Assembly: GCF_006345805.1 (NCBI RefSeq)
Contig: NC_042998.1
Location: 40,176,001 to 40,240,000, forward strand
Direction of reading: 5' to 3'
DNA from: Octopus sinensis
Lineage: Eukaryota
DNA length: 64,000 bases
The first letter of the stretch is position 1. The number at the start of each line of letters is the position of its first letter. This document shows positions 50,742-64,000 of this stretch, one piece after another. The translations under genes were made by a program, and so were the position numbers. The notes beneath the pieces were generated by a model. It was not told the DNA's origin. It made no database searches and saw only the letters and a list, made by a program, of their open reading frames with translations.

Positions 50742-53700
50742 GGCTTCTTTTAAATTATTAACCTAACTATAATTTTTGCAGCATTACAATGGTTATTTTT
50801 TTTTAGTTTTCATTCCAGTTTCATTTTTTTTTATTTTAACCAATGGGGTAAAATAAATTTAAGTCAGTTGAAAACTAAAAGCAAAACAAGTTAAGAATTT
50901 TGAAATTGACTGAGTTACATTTACATAAATAGTAAAGAATATTAGATATGTGTGAAGAAAATATGAACCTTGTGTGGTGGTAGGGAGCTAAGGATATAAT
51001 ATGTGGTATGAAAACAGGAATGTTTGTAATGTCTGGGAACTGCTTGGCTCATATAAAAGGTACGAACTCATCTTTTGTATCACTTAAAGTTTTGGCAGCT
51101 GCTGTGACTACAACTACTAGTATTATCTCCACCATCGCCACTATACTCTCATCCCCACCACTGTTTACCTCCACAGCAACTATGACTAACACCTTCCCTA
51201 CCATCACCACGTCCATTGCAACTATCATTACCACCCCCACCATTATTAGTCTTTCGTAAGTTGTCTGGGAAGATGAACAAGATAGTATGTAAAATTTAAT
51301 TTAGCTCCTCTGAACAAATTGAAAGACTGCAACAGAAAATAATGACATTGCTACACACTATTGCAACTAAATTTTAATTGTTGAATAATAGAAGCCATTT
51401 TCACTTTGTCTACCTTCTATAATTACAAGTAAATAAATAAATAAATAAAGACTTAATGACGTACAACTTACACAGTTAGAAAACTAGGTTTATAGTTAGA
51501 TCATACTGGTGAAAAAAAGAATGCAAAGTTGATAATGAAAATAATTTGCTGTTTACAGAAGTGAAACTGGGCAACCTTTAATTTGCTAACAAAAGATCAA
51601 ACGGTAAAATAATCACATGCATTCATATGCAAGAATTTATAAATATTATTTTTATTGGCTGAGATGTGTATGTGTGTGTGTGGGTTATATCAGTTGAGGT
51701 TGATCATGCATCTGCACATGTATGCTCAGGCCTGGGTAAGATATTTTTAGTGAGGAGAACTGACAGTTGCTCATGCATGCAAGTCTCCCATCTCCTTATC
51801 CAAAGGAAAGGTCACCAACATGGGCTGACACAGCTTGACACAAGTGTCATTGAAAAAACTGCTACTAGAACAGTGAGCTGGAACAGACACAACAAATAGC
51901 AAAGGTATCTTATCCAACATTCTGATGGCTACCCAAGATTTATACTTTGATTAATATAATCAATGATTATATGACATAATATAAAATAAATGTGGAATAC
52001 ACACAAAGTGGAAGCCTAACTGAAGACTAATTGCGAATTCCTAGTATTACAATAAATGTAATAAAATATAACAAATGTTAACTGCTAGATACATATCATA
52101 AATAGATTGAGAGTACAATTTTCATTGATGATCTTCAATGAATGAAAGATACAGGAAGGTCAGAAATGCACACAAGAGACAAAATCATATTTCCTAAATT
52201 CCACAATAGCTAACTGGATTCAATACAAAAAACTTAAACCATTTACTGCCACATTGCGATAGACATAGCAATATGATTAACAGGTTTGCTTCAAAAACAC
52301 ATGGTCCCAAATAAATGGAAGTTGTGTGGACCCTTTAGAAGGACTATACCTTTTCTTGGATAGTAGACTTAATCCATCATTTGGTTAAGATCATTACCTG
52401 ATCCTGGGGTTCCTGCAGCAAAGTCCATTCACTTGTTAGCAATTATACCAAGTGACCTGTCTAAGGAAAAATGACTTGATTTCTTGGTGAGCTGCTTCCT
52501 ATTACAACAATCCCTATGTTGCAATTTTTCTTTTTCACTTTCCATCCACCAGTCTTAGAGGACCTATAAAAAGTTCATAGACACTGCTCTTTCACCACTA
52601 AGTCACAAAAATAAGTAAATAATAAATAAAAACTTTCTTAATAATTTTGCTGTCAGCAAATATTAGATTAACAATGCAAAGATAGATTCAACTGCGGTTA
52701 GCAAAGAGCAAATTCTCTAGTAGAATTATTTCTACAGACTTAACAGCTCTTTAAAATTATTTGACAGAGATGAAAATTAAGGAATTCCATGAAAAGTTTT
52801 CAATAGCATGTAGATAACTAACAGTGTATTAAAAAACTTAAAGAAAGAGGACTTGGTTACTGAGGTCAGATATGAAGCAGGGTTATTAGTTGCTTTATAA
52901 TGTAGTGGAATAAGACAAGATATTATCTATTTGCAATAGTATACTTTAACAAATTGAGACATCTGGCATCAATTGAGGATTCAAGACTGGAAATATTTAT
53001 GTACTTTTAGAAACGTTTCTCTAACACAGTTAAAGTTGATGTTATTGTCGTTGTCGTTTTAACATCTATCTCAATGTATTCTGCCCAGCCCATGCAAGAA
53101 TGGAAGTGAATGAGTTGGTTGGGATATGATGTGGCTTTTCTAGAGTCAGATGCTCTTCCTGTCACCAACTATCACCTGTTTCTAACTAAGGCAATATTTC
53201 CCTCATGTCCAGATATGGTTTTGTGGAAGTTTGAAAACAAAGAGTGCTGCTTGCATGATGATGACATTTGTTTACAATTATCATATGATGACAAGGCAAG
53301 GAGACAGTAACATACACACTCACACCCATACATACATGTGCATGCACACACACACACACAACAGATTCTTTCAGTTTCCATGGACCAAATCCACTTAAAA
53401 GGTTTGGTTGACCCAGGATTATAGAAGATACTTGCTCAAGGTGTCAGGCAGTGGGAAGGAACCTGGAATCATGTGGTTGGGAAGCAAACTTCTTACCACA
53501 CAGCCATGCCTGAGCTGTTTCAGATGTTAAATGGTAATCAATGCATTTTGTGATATGATCTACAATCCTCTTATAAATGTTAGTCATAAGTATCAAATAA
53601 TACCTAAAATATAGAACATTATTTTTTTTGTTTACTGTGTTACATCTTTAAAACAGTATGTACTTACAAAAAAAAAGTCTTATATTAATGAAATTAAACT

Positions 53701-55323
53701 GGTTTCAATATTTATTATTTTAACAGAGAAATGTTGTAGATATTGTTACCTAATATTTCAAAGTAATCTTCAGGAAATATTCAAAGTATAAGAAAGGAGC
53801 ATTCATTTTGTGAGCAGAAATACCTAATTTATCAAGATGGTATTTCCTGTCTGCTTGAAAGAAACATTCAGGATGCTAAAAGGAAAATCTCGAAAATTTT
53901 CTGAAATATGCATTCACTTAGAACAGTTCTGTTCAACTAACTCTGTAAAAATAATTACTAACAACCAAAGCAAAATATAAGTATTATTCATTAAAATTCA
54001 ATGTAGCCTAAGTTACAGGACATAGTTTAAAAATACATATAAAGAAGGCTACACGTTCAAAGAATAAAAAATATTGTACGTAAAATTTGTTGCACTCACA
54101 ATGTTCAATTCAGAATAATTTTATAAAATGAGTGCCATGATAATTCCTTCAAAATATCTTTAGAGATTTGCAGTGATTTATAATTTTTCTGGAAGAATAT
54201 AAATGAATGAGAATATATTATTTTTAATATAACATACTGAATTCACTGCTACAATAAAAGTTAGTTTGCTGCCAGTTGGCAATTACAAGAAATTATAGGA
54301 AATGAAACTATGATTGAGTTCTGTTCATTTCCGAAAAATTGTTAATTTTGTAAATAGTGAGGAGACTAACAAAAAAACTGAACCTTAATGAAGACTACTG
54401 AAAAATATAATATGAGATATGAAATAATTTGTAGCTTGGAGTAAATCCAAGAAGAAAAATATGTTATAAAGAAGTGTAGGAATGTGGAGAAACCTGAGAG
54501 AAATGACTGATAGTTTTCTGAGAAATTTGCTCATGGAATCATATTGCATAGGTTCAATATGACACAGAATAGGTACTACAAACATCATTTCTCACATACT
54601 CCACTTTGATAATATTTGGAGTTGCCTTTTGTCCTTGAAATAAGTTTTAGTTAAGCTCTTTGTTTTTTCATATTGAGATAGAAAAAAATTAGTTCTATAA
54701 GCCTAATTAGTAGTTTATTAAAATACCTTTTAGGAGATTAATTCTAACATTCAGTCCTATTTAGGCACTTCTATATATGTGGAAATTCTTGCTCTTTATT
54801 TGAATATATATGAATTTGAGATGTTCCTAAGCAAACAGAAATGAAGGCTAGGTTTTTGATGACATCTTTTGTAAGCAGCTGCTCATTGAATGATATGCTG
54901 ATAAGCAATGTTGAAATAGTTATTGGAAAATAGTGTAGTAACCAATTATTTAGTTAATAATTGGTTCCTAATGATACACATATAGAAATATGTCAGTAAA
55001 GCAATGAAATTGGCTCATGCTCTATTTTTTTAGTGTTTATTCATTCATTTCAGCACTTGGGAACTTTCTTGTTATGATGTCAACGAGGCCACAGTAGATT
55101 CCATGTAAACTAGTTCTTGAATATTTTATTAGCAAAACATCGACATGCAAAAATGAACAGCATAAAACATTTTCATAGATTTATAACAATAACAATAATT
55201 TCTAAGATAGGCACATGGTCAAAAATTTGAGGGGAGGGGCTATTTGATGAAATAAACCCACTTGACAGGGTCTTTATTTTATAGACACTAGAAACATGAA
55301 ATGCTAAGTTGATTTAGTAGCAT

Positions 55324-55546
55324 TTAACCCATTAACATTTAAACCAGCCATATCTAGCCCAAATAATCTGTCTGCCTTATGTTCAAACTGACCAGATTTG
55401 GCCTCTCATACCTACTCTACAATGTCATTCAAATAGTATAAAATCATTTCTTTGAAATCTTGAAGGCTTGAGATAATGCCTGATAAATTCAAAACAATGT
55501 GAATAAATGAATATTTTGCAGAGTAATCTGAATGCTAAAGGACTGA
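55324..55546. mobile_element. Second TTAA-type MITE family
   Basis: ttaacccattaacatt...aatgctaaaggactgaa; a truncated homologue lies at 34589-34768. Confidence 0.6.
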
Positions 55547-55839
55547 AATCAGAATGTAAAGATGTAAAAGGACATTACCAAGTAAAAAAATAAAAACAAA
55601 AACAAAAAGACAAGTTACCAAACCAATTCAACCAATTTGCTACCCTTCTAATACTGATTTCTAACATGGGCAAAAGACCACAGGTATAAAATTAATACTT
55701 TATTTTATCAACCCTGGAACAATGGACAATATTTATGATTAGCATATAAAACAAAGCAACAATGATGTAAATACTACAACTACTATTACTGTTGCAGCTC
55801 CTCCTCCTCTGCTGCTGCTACTGCTACTACTACTATTAC

Positions 55840-56151
55840 TGATGATGATGATGATGGACTTTCCGATTGAAGACGACATATGAACGATCAGCTTTTGCCG
55901 AACAACATGCACAAATGATTTGTTTATAATGATCAAATGTTCGTGCCACACATGAGCTCAATCTATCCATCAAATTGTCATCGTCCGAACAGGTGCACGG
56001 TGTACCATGCGTCAGGTGTCAAAGTGATTGCAGAGCAATGTGAGATGAAGTGTTTTGCTCAAGAACACAACACATCATCCAGTCTAGGAATTGAAACCAC
56101 AATCTTGAAATTGTAAGTGCAACACCCTAACGACTAGGCCATGTGCCCTCA
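55840..56151 (-). mobile_element. tRNA-derived SINE with a (CAT)n tail
   Basis: Head gagggcacatggcctagtcgttagggtg..ggtttcaattcc..tgttcttgagcaaaacactt. Confidence 0.75.
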
Positions 56152-56181
56152 CACACACAACAACAAAATAATAATAATAAT

Positions 56182-56577
56182 AACTAGAAAAGCATTCGGA
56201 GAGTGCAGACCTCCGCCAAGCTCATTTTAAGATAGATATGCGAGTAAAATTACTAATAGAGAAACAAAAATAAACTTTGAAAACAGCAACGCCACCATAG
56301 GTTATGTGAAACAACGAACGTGTTTTTAAGGGAGATAATCAAAGAACGCAACATTGTAATACTTCAAGTAAAGTAAATATAGCAAATGAAAAATCCTTCA
56401 AGAATCCATAAAAATTCCCAGATCACTACCAAAATTTCATCATCTGTTCCTTGTGTCATTACCAACTTTTTCTGCAAGTTTCATCAAATACCGTTCACAA
56501 CATTTTGAGTTATTTTTCATACAGACGGACAAACCAACGCTGATAAAAACATAACCTCCTTCCTTGGCAGAGGTAAT
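56182..56577 (-). mobile_element. Helentron-associated (HINE/DINE-like) element
   Basis: Subterminal inverted repeats acctccgccaag / cttggcagaggt; minus-strand start ttattacctctgccaaggaaggaggttatgttttt..gtccgtctgt; inserted in (AAT)n without a distinct TSD. Confidence 0.65.
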
Positions 56578-58529
56578 AATAATAATAATAATAATAATAG
56601 AATTCCTTCTGACAAAAAGATTGCAGACAAAGAATTTGAAAAGATCTTGAAAATGCTAAATTAAAAGTAGAAATATTATGATTATGAGATACCCAGCAAC
56701 AAAAGTGAAAGTTATACCAATTAACATCAGAACATTAGAACTAATTAAAAAAACAAAAGAAACTATCATACCATCTGGAATGGTCAGAGGTCAAAGGAGA
56801 CATGTGAATGCTCCAAGACCCGTTCTCTTTAAAACTAAGGCCTTTTGTAGAGCCATGACAGTTTGCATGAAGGAAAAAAAAAAGGCACTAACAAAAATCA
56901 TACTGTACAATAAAAAAATAATAATAGAAATAAAAACCACATAAGCTTAGCTCTTTGAATTATTCTATGTAAACAATAATAATGCATTTGGGTTCATAAG
57001 TAATGTTTGCTTTAGTTCATACTTAAATGAACTAAATTTCTAGAATATTTAGCCCTGGCCTAGGAACTAAATATAGACTGCAGTAATTGTTTAACAAAAG
57101 TAGGAGATAGAAAGAAGTGGTTACAAGGAATTTTCCTGAGAAGAAAGTTATGACATATATGTCAAAAGTGTAGTGTTTTGCAATGAATTATGGACAATAG
57201 TAATGGAAAAACTACAATAGCTTGTACAGCCCATTGGATGTATAATGAGAAAAGAAAAAGAAATCCATAAAGTAACAGTACTAAAAACCATTTATAAGAG
57301 AATTTTTGTTGAAAGCTAGAAAGATAATGGATGTGCGTAACATCATAGTCAAGAAGTTCCTATTCTTTAATTCATGTCTGCATGAAGTGAATGTGATAAA
57401 ACTAAAATGATAGTTCTTTGTCTGTCAGCATATATCAATTGTTTCCACACAACATGGAGTTCCTGCATACTGTCTTCCTATTTCTTAAGCATGTTTTTGT
57501 CTCATAGTTAGCACCTTTATTTTGGTTGCCTCCCCCTTAAGAGTTTTTTTCTTTTTTTGAAAATTACTCCTAGCAGTCAGGAATTCTGAAGCGTTGCAAC
57601 AAATTTTTGCAATTAAAATGAAGGTGTAAACTGAGGTTTTGATAAGCATCCAGGACTGAAGTCTGGTGTGATTTTCTAAAAAAGGAACAAAGATAAATTC
57701 TTGCTAGATACTTAACCATATGCTAAATAGTCTCATCATAATTCTAACAGTTGCATGAACAGTTTTGACAAGATGTTCTTCCACATGTAATTTTGTCACT
57801 GTCCATTGGAATACAAATAGAATGCAGAACTGTGCTAAATACCTTCTCTATGCTTACAAATATATGAAAGTGTTGCTTCTTCTTAGATTGTCTAGATATA
57901 TCCACATCCACATACTCACATATTTATATCAGATACCTCAAATGTAAATATAAAACAACTGTTTAGAACATATTTAGAAACTTAGCCATACAGATGCGTG
58001 CACGTGCATGCATGCACACACACACACACACACACATACGCGAAGGAAGTGAAACAATCACAGATGCTACTTTCAGCAGAATGAGATGTAATAAACAATA
58101 TTGAACAAAGACAGCAGTACACCCTTCAGTAGTTTCTGGCATAAGAAGTCTAAGAAAAATTGTTCCACTTATCTTTTGTGTTAGTCAACAGCATGTGTTG
58201 ATTGGGCTTTCTCTAAACCACATTTGGTTATCTCTGTTGGACTCAAGTCCAATAATAGCCTTTAATTTTTTCTTTCTCTGCATGATTGACCTACCTGTTC
58301 TTACTTCCAGCCAAACAAACTACAGTGCAAACAAGCTAATGTAAAAGCTCTATGTGGTTAGTTGGTCTGCTAACAATAGAAGCCAAATCTCTTGAAAATC
58401 ACATTAACCATCTTTAATAAGAAAAAGAACATATTGGATAATGTAGCCTAGAATAAATAGCCGGAAAAAGCTGGATGATCACAACTGAGCCAGGACCAAT
58501 CTGGTGCGAAACAACAATAACTCCAGTGT

Positions 58530-59400
58530 AGATTCCCACAAGGCTTCAGCTCTATATAATCTAGCTTTCTCCTGTAAGACATATACTACTTCTTTTATCA
58601 AAAAACTTGAAACCATTCTGCAATGGGAATAAAATAACCTAGTCTCCTTCAACAATATTACTGAATCTCATATCAATTAAGGGATCTATCTCCAAAGCTA
58701 CATTCTACTCATAAACCATTCATATTTAAACCTTAAAAATGCTTAGCCTCAGAATCTCTGATGACTTCACATGGCAACCACACATCTGAAATATAGCCAA
58801 AACTCCACCTCCATGTTAATCCTTTTCATTAAAGCCTGAATCTACTCCATCTCTGAACAATTAATAACCTTATACGAGGCACATGTGCAGTTTGCACAAG
58901 AGTAATGCATATGTATCTGGGGCAAAGTAACAGCTATACATATAAATAAGTAGTTCAAGTCCCTCACAAAAAAAACAAAAAATTCCAAAAACAAAAAACA
59001 CAACAACTGATCAGGCAAAAATCACTCTCTAGCATTCTACAATCATTTGTACACTGATATGCTGTATCCTCCACCTGGCTCTGCTACCATGATATAACCC
59101 TCCCCCTGTCTCTATTGCAATGGTTGCTTACACTTCTGAATGAGCAAGTTGTGTACCCAGGCAAATTCAATTAATTAATGCCCCCATTGCCATTATTACT
59201 GTATTTCACCTCCCTAATTCTGTGATAAACACTGAAACCTCTTCTTGTGCACTTACTGTCCACATTTTCCCATCCACACATCAAACATAAGCTGCATCAA
59301 CCTCACCAATCTGAGAGAACCAGTAAAAGCTATAGGCACTGACCCACCACTCTTAACTGAAGTGCAAAAATAAAATCCAAGAGAGTAGAATAGAAATGCA
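58530..59400 (+). mobile_element. Decayed CR1/L2/Jockey-type LINE fragment
   Basis: LETILQWE*NNLVSFN, MLSLRISDDFTWQPHI*NIAK and QLITLYEAHV follow the same motif order as 26500-27420. Confidence 0.55.
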
Positions 59401-59713
59401 CATGATATAATCCTCTCCCTGTCTCTATTGCAATGGTTGCTTACACTTCTGAATGAGGAAGTTGTGTACCCAGGCAAATTCAATTAATTAATGCCCCCAT
59501 TGCCATTATTACTGTATTTCACCTCCCTAATTCTGTGATAAACACTGAAACCTCTTCTTGTGCACTTAGTGTCCACATTTTCCCATCCGCACATCAAATA
59601 TAAGCTGCATCAACCTCACCAACCTGGGAGAACCAGTAAAAGCTATAGGCACTGACCCACCACCCTTAACTGAAGTGCAAAAATAAAATCCAAGAGAGTA
59701 GAATAGAAATGCA
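59088..59713 (+). repeat. 313-bp direct tandem duplication
   Basis: 59088-59400 and 59401-59713; about 9 substitutions counted by eye and no indels. Confidence 0.95.
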
Positions 59714-60860
59714 CATAAACGAGAGAAGGTGAGCAGATAAAAGTGAGATTCATATAAAAGAATATTCCAAGAGACACAGCAATAGATAGTGTATAAAGTT
59801 TTCAATGACAGTTGTATAGTAAGATATCAGATATCTATTGTTTGTAGCATTTCTAGAAGTTAGCTTGGCAACCTCATCACCCTGTACAGCAGCAGTGGAT
59901 CTTTTAAGAATCTCTCAGCAGACATGCTTTGAACAAGAAAGGAATGTCTGTTGCAAAAGATTTAAAAAAGAAAAAGAAATATAAAAAAGAATGCCAAGCA
60001 TTTAGGTAATAGGTTGAACATAATACTTCATGGCATAGCAGTTTGTCTGAGAGAATATTTACCTTAGTTTATAAGGCAAAAATTCTATGAATAAGAAAAT
60101 TGCCAATTATCTTATCTATAAATCATATTGCTTATATTTGATAAAGAAAACAAATTCTTAGATAGATTTCAGGAATTATTTCAGAATAAACTAACAAATA
60201 TTTTCAGCTAGTAACAGAATGAGGAAAACTAATTCATTTCTTTAATGTTATGATTATCTTTTTAACCTAAGTTCAACATTTAAAATAATTGCAACACTTC
60301 CATGAAATGAGTTGCTATTTAGCTTAAAGAATTTCTTCATACAAAATATTTTTTGCATTCATTAACATGATTTTAGTATGAAAATGTAACATAGATTGTT
60401 CTTTTAGTTATATTGTTTAAGTACACACTAATATATTTGCTTGTGCAAGTGTCTGCAGTTGTGAACAGGTGATCTACATGATACCAGTAAATATATGCGC
60501 ACACACACACACATATATATATGTAGGCATGCATGCATGTATATGTAAATGTGTGTGTGTGTATATATATAAAATAATTGCATTTGAATCTACTGTCTGA
60601 TACATCTTAGTTGAATAGAATAGATAGGACAGTCTGACTACATGTAAAACTGCAGATATATCTCCATATTTCTAAGAGCATGCACAACTACAACAATAGT
60701 TTTATAGCTAGCTGAGTGAAATGGTGATATGATCTTCACATCCCTTCTTGATATTACAGGAAATAAGTCATTGACAAACCCACGCTAATGTGAAAAACAG
60801 ACAGTAAATGAATGATGAATGAATATCTGAACACATACACACCACCCAAATACATATACA

Positions 60861-60892
<32 letters not shown>

Positions 60893-60915
60893 AGATATAT
60901 ATATATATATATATG

Positions 60916-61262
60916 TCATCATCATTATTTCAAGTCTGTTGGCCATGGGTTGGACAGTTTGACCAGGGCTGGCAAGCTGGAAGGTTGCACCAGACACCAG
61001 TCTGATTTGGCATGGTTTCTATGGCTGGATGCCCTTCCTAATGTCAACCACTCTGAGAGTGTAAAGAGTGCTTATGGGTGCCATTTTCACGACACTGATA
61101 TCTGTTACAACTGTGATTTTACATGACTTGACGGCTCTTCTCAAGCATGACATAATGCCAAAGGTCTCAGTCATTGCTTCTGTGAGGCCCAACACATGAA
61201 AGGAACTCAGCCAGTTTGCCTCTGTGAGGCTGAAAGTTTGAAGATCATGCTTCACCACTTCA
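60916..61262 (-). mobile_element. RTE 3' end fragment
   Basis: EVVKHDLQT..LGLTEAMTETF followed by the (GAT)n-tailed module, as at 39240-39923. Confidence 0.75.
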
Positions 61263-61269
61263 TACCATA

Positions 61270-61445
61270 TCTGCCGTTACGTTCTGAGTTCAAATTCCGC
61301 TGAGGTCGACTTTGCCTTTCATCCTTTTGGGGGTCGATAAATTAAGTACCAGTTACGCACTGGGGTCGATATAATCGACTTAATCCGTTTGTCTGTCCTT
61401 GTTTGTCCCCTCTGTGTTTAGCCCCTTGTGGGTAGTAAAGAAATA
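61270..61445 (+). mobile_element. 5'-truncated Nin-domain-like SINE with an alternative tail
   Basis: gttctgagttcaaattccgctgaggtcgactttgcctttcatccttttgggggtcgataaattaagtaccag; CpGs intact. Confidence 0.8.
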
Positions 61446-62227
61446 TATATATATATATATTTAACTACACACACGCACACACACACACACACACACACAT
61501 GCATACACACACAAACACCACACTCACAAATATGTGCAAATGTTTATGTGTGACACTCTGGGCAAGTGTTTCCTACTATATCCTCAGGCTGACCAAAGCC
61601 ATGACTGTATTTAGTAGATGGGAACTGAAAGAATCCATCATGTGTGTGTGTGTGCGTGTGTGTGTGTTAAAACAATGATACCAATGCAAACATGGAAAAA
61701 TGGATGCTAAAATGATGATACCCTTACATTATGATCTGCAGACAGAATTCACATAATGGACAAAACTAACAAGTTCAAATGCTTTCCTACTTCTGGAGAA
61801 GCCAGGACTTCAGATTATGATTGGCATTTAATGGCTAGTAGGCAGTATTTCCTTCTCTATTAAACTCAGCGCACTCACATGCTCAATCTTAAATTACTTT
61901 TCAAAATTATCATTTATATATGAGTGTGTGTGTGTGTGTGTGTGTGTGTGTATTGAATGGTCTAAAGAGGAGAGGAAATAGTTCATCAAAATGTAGAAAA
62001 CCTAAGTGGACATTAAAACTGAGAAAAAAGCCATGTGTTCAGTAGAAACAACTGTAATGAGATAAGGGGGAACAATTCAGTTATAGGGGTGGTTGTAAAA
62101 TTAATGATATTTGTGAGTGTATGTATTGCTTTAAGAAGTTAAATGATGTTTTTATGTATAGCACTTTAAGTCCATTAAAGTTTATATATATATATATGTC
62201 ATATATATATATGTGTGTGTGTGTGTG

Positions 62228-62890
62228 TTAGTTAAGTTAGTTAATTAATTAATTTTGGGGCTCAAAAAGCAAAAAGCAAGGCCATGTAGGGGGACATGGA
62301 GTTATGTACAGGGTGGTGTTCATGCCACTTGTGGTCAAGGGAGACTTTGAACCGAGCGGTCGTCAGCATCTCGTCTGGCAGCTTATTCCATGGATCCATA
62401 ACCTGGACGGAGAAAGCCCCTCTCCTTCGATTGAGATGAAATCATCGCAGATAGAGCTTTTTGGAATGACCCCCACAGCTGATGCTCTGGAGCAGGAGTG
62501 AAGAACAGCTCTTTCGAGAGGTTACACTTTCCGCTTATGATGTTGTGAGCAAGAATGAGATCTCCGCGTCGTCGTCGTTTTTCTAGAGAATAATGGTCGA
62601 GCGTCTTCAGCCTTTCTTCATAAGACAAATTCTTGAGACCAAGAACCATGCGGGTAGCCAGCTTCTGGACTCTTTTGAGATGCTGTATGTCTTTGAGGAG
62701 ATAAGGAGAAGAGGCTTGAATCCTGTACGCCAATATGGGTCTCACCAGCGTGACATAGAGCGGTAGGAATATGGCTGCTGTGAGCATTCCGAATGACCGT
62801 CGAATCAAGAACAGAACTCCGCGTGCTTTGTTGGCAGCATGGACGCACTGGGCCGAAGGCGAAAAGGAGGAATCCACCAAGATACCCAGG
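62228..62890 (-). mobile_element. 5'-truncated CR1-clade LINE (relatively young)
   Basis: LGILVDSSFSPSAQCVHAANKARGVLFLIRRSF..LYVTLVRPILAY..RVQKLATRMV..LSYEERLKTL..SLEKRRRRGDLI..WNKLP; (TAAT/TAAC)n tail; many CpGs. Confidence 0.92.
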
Positions 62891-63868
62891 TGTGTGTGTG
62901 TGTGTATGTATATATGTATGTATGTATATATTTTTCCTCTCACACCGTCTCTGACGAAGGGATATTATTATTAATTGATATTCTAGAAACAGCTGTAAGA
63001 CCTTCTATATATAAATGCTCTAATATCTACACAGCCTAGGTTTTTTTATCTCATTACGGAAAAAAAAAAAATTCATATCTGTATATATATATAAATAAAA
63101 AAGAGAGAAAAAAAATCAATGTACTATCTACTCCTTACCTGATTTTGGTTTATAAGTTGCGGAAAACATTTTAATGTTATAAGGAAAAAATTTATTTTAG
63201 AAATAGAGATTATTCTTGTTTTTAGTTTTAGTTTGTTTGACAGGTGTTGAAAGTCTCTTTTGACTTGTATCAACTTCTTTCAAATCTTTTGAGTGTAAGC
63301 AATGTGACTTCTGTCATGCAATTTCCATATTCAACATAGTACCCGCATAATAGCACTTTCATGCCACTTTGTTTTCAGTGCCATTGAAGGCAATGGCATT
63401 ATTATCATTCTGTATACACTTCTCAATGATAGCTTGGTTTTCTCAAGCACACTGGCTCGCAATCCTGAAAGACTCAAACCTCTGATCCTTCTGTTGCAGA
63501 ATATGGGCAAACTAGTTTCTCCTCTAACTACTTGATGTTTTTCTCTGCTACCCACTTTCTTTCAGTTTACATAAGCCTGCCTTGTCTTCACTTTTATAGC
63601 CATATCTACATCATTATTACATCACCATCACTCTCCCTTTGGTTGAAACCTTGCACCATAAATGAAAGTAAAGAAAACTAAGTAGAATATAGGGTTTTTT
63701 TCAACATATTTTGAAGCTCATCAGTTAAAAGAAATGAAAATACAATAATGTTTAATGGAATGAGAGTTGACAAAGGCTCTACACCATTAATTACTTTTAA
63801 GTTTATTTCCAAAACATAATATATAAAGATAGGCTTTTAATTTCATTACTCATGCATATATATATATA

Positions 63869-64000
63869 CTAGTAGTATAGCCCGACGTTGCTCAGGTTTG
63901 TTTTCTTTTCGACCCTTTAGAATCGGAATTTTTGAAAAGTAAAAATTTTGCATTATGTAACTTGTTATACTCTTTAAGTGAATATTTTTCTGGCTGAAAT
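63869..64000 (-). mobile_element. 3' end of a second Helitron-like element, cut by the window edge
   Basis: a|ctagtagtatagcccgacgttgctcaggtttgt matches the terminus at 35742. Confidence 0.65.

Noticed and set aside
52398-52563. Minus-strand segment bounded by plausible acceptor and donor sites
   Set aside because: The frame examined contains a stop and there is no recognisable protein similarity. Such pseudo-exons are common in long introns.
62383-62943. 186-aa ORF as a host gene
   Set aside because: It is a CR1 ORF2 C-terminal fragment with a frameshift, and its N-terminus comes from flanking microsatellite.
63139-63200. Possible upstream Ro60 exon ending ..YKPKS-G|GTAAG (phase 1)
   Set aside because: There is no acceptor AG before an in-frame stop and no further similarity to Ro60.
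1-64000. Y RNA gene linked to Ro60, as in bacterial rsr loci
   Set aside because: By eye I found no GGUCCGA...UUGACC bulged-stem motif with a poly-U end. A covariance-model search is needed to exclude a divergent Y RNA.

Overview
AT-rich, intron-rich animal genomic DNA. The SINE, RTE and microsatellite landscape suggests a coleoid cephalopod such as Octopus (inference). Two protein-coding genes are visible, both on the minus strand. (1) The last six coding exons (37488 to 24026) of a Ro60/TROVE2-family gene splice in frame through GT-AG introns. Its vWA domain has lost four of the five MIDAS metal ligands, and its 5' exons were not found in the window, implying an intron of more than 26 kb. 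(2) The first coding exon (3895-3752) of a probable phytanoyl-CoA dioxygenase (PhyH)-domain gene, with no further exon recognised in 1-3751. The rest is intronic or intergenic and full of transposon relics: RTE and CR1-like LINE fragments, several tRNA-derived SINE families, two bipartite non-autonomous RTE derivatives with TSDs and a structured 5' leader, mariner and piggyBac relics, hAT and TTAA MITEs, and Helitron/Helentron-type elements. There are also several long fold-back structures and a 313-bp tandem duplication. Most entries in the supplied ORF track are spurious. All family assignments come from motif recognition by eye, not from database searches.
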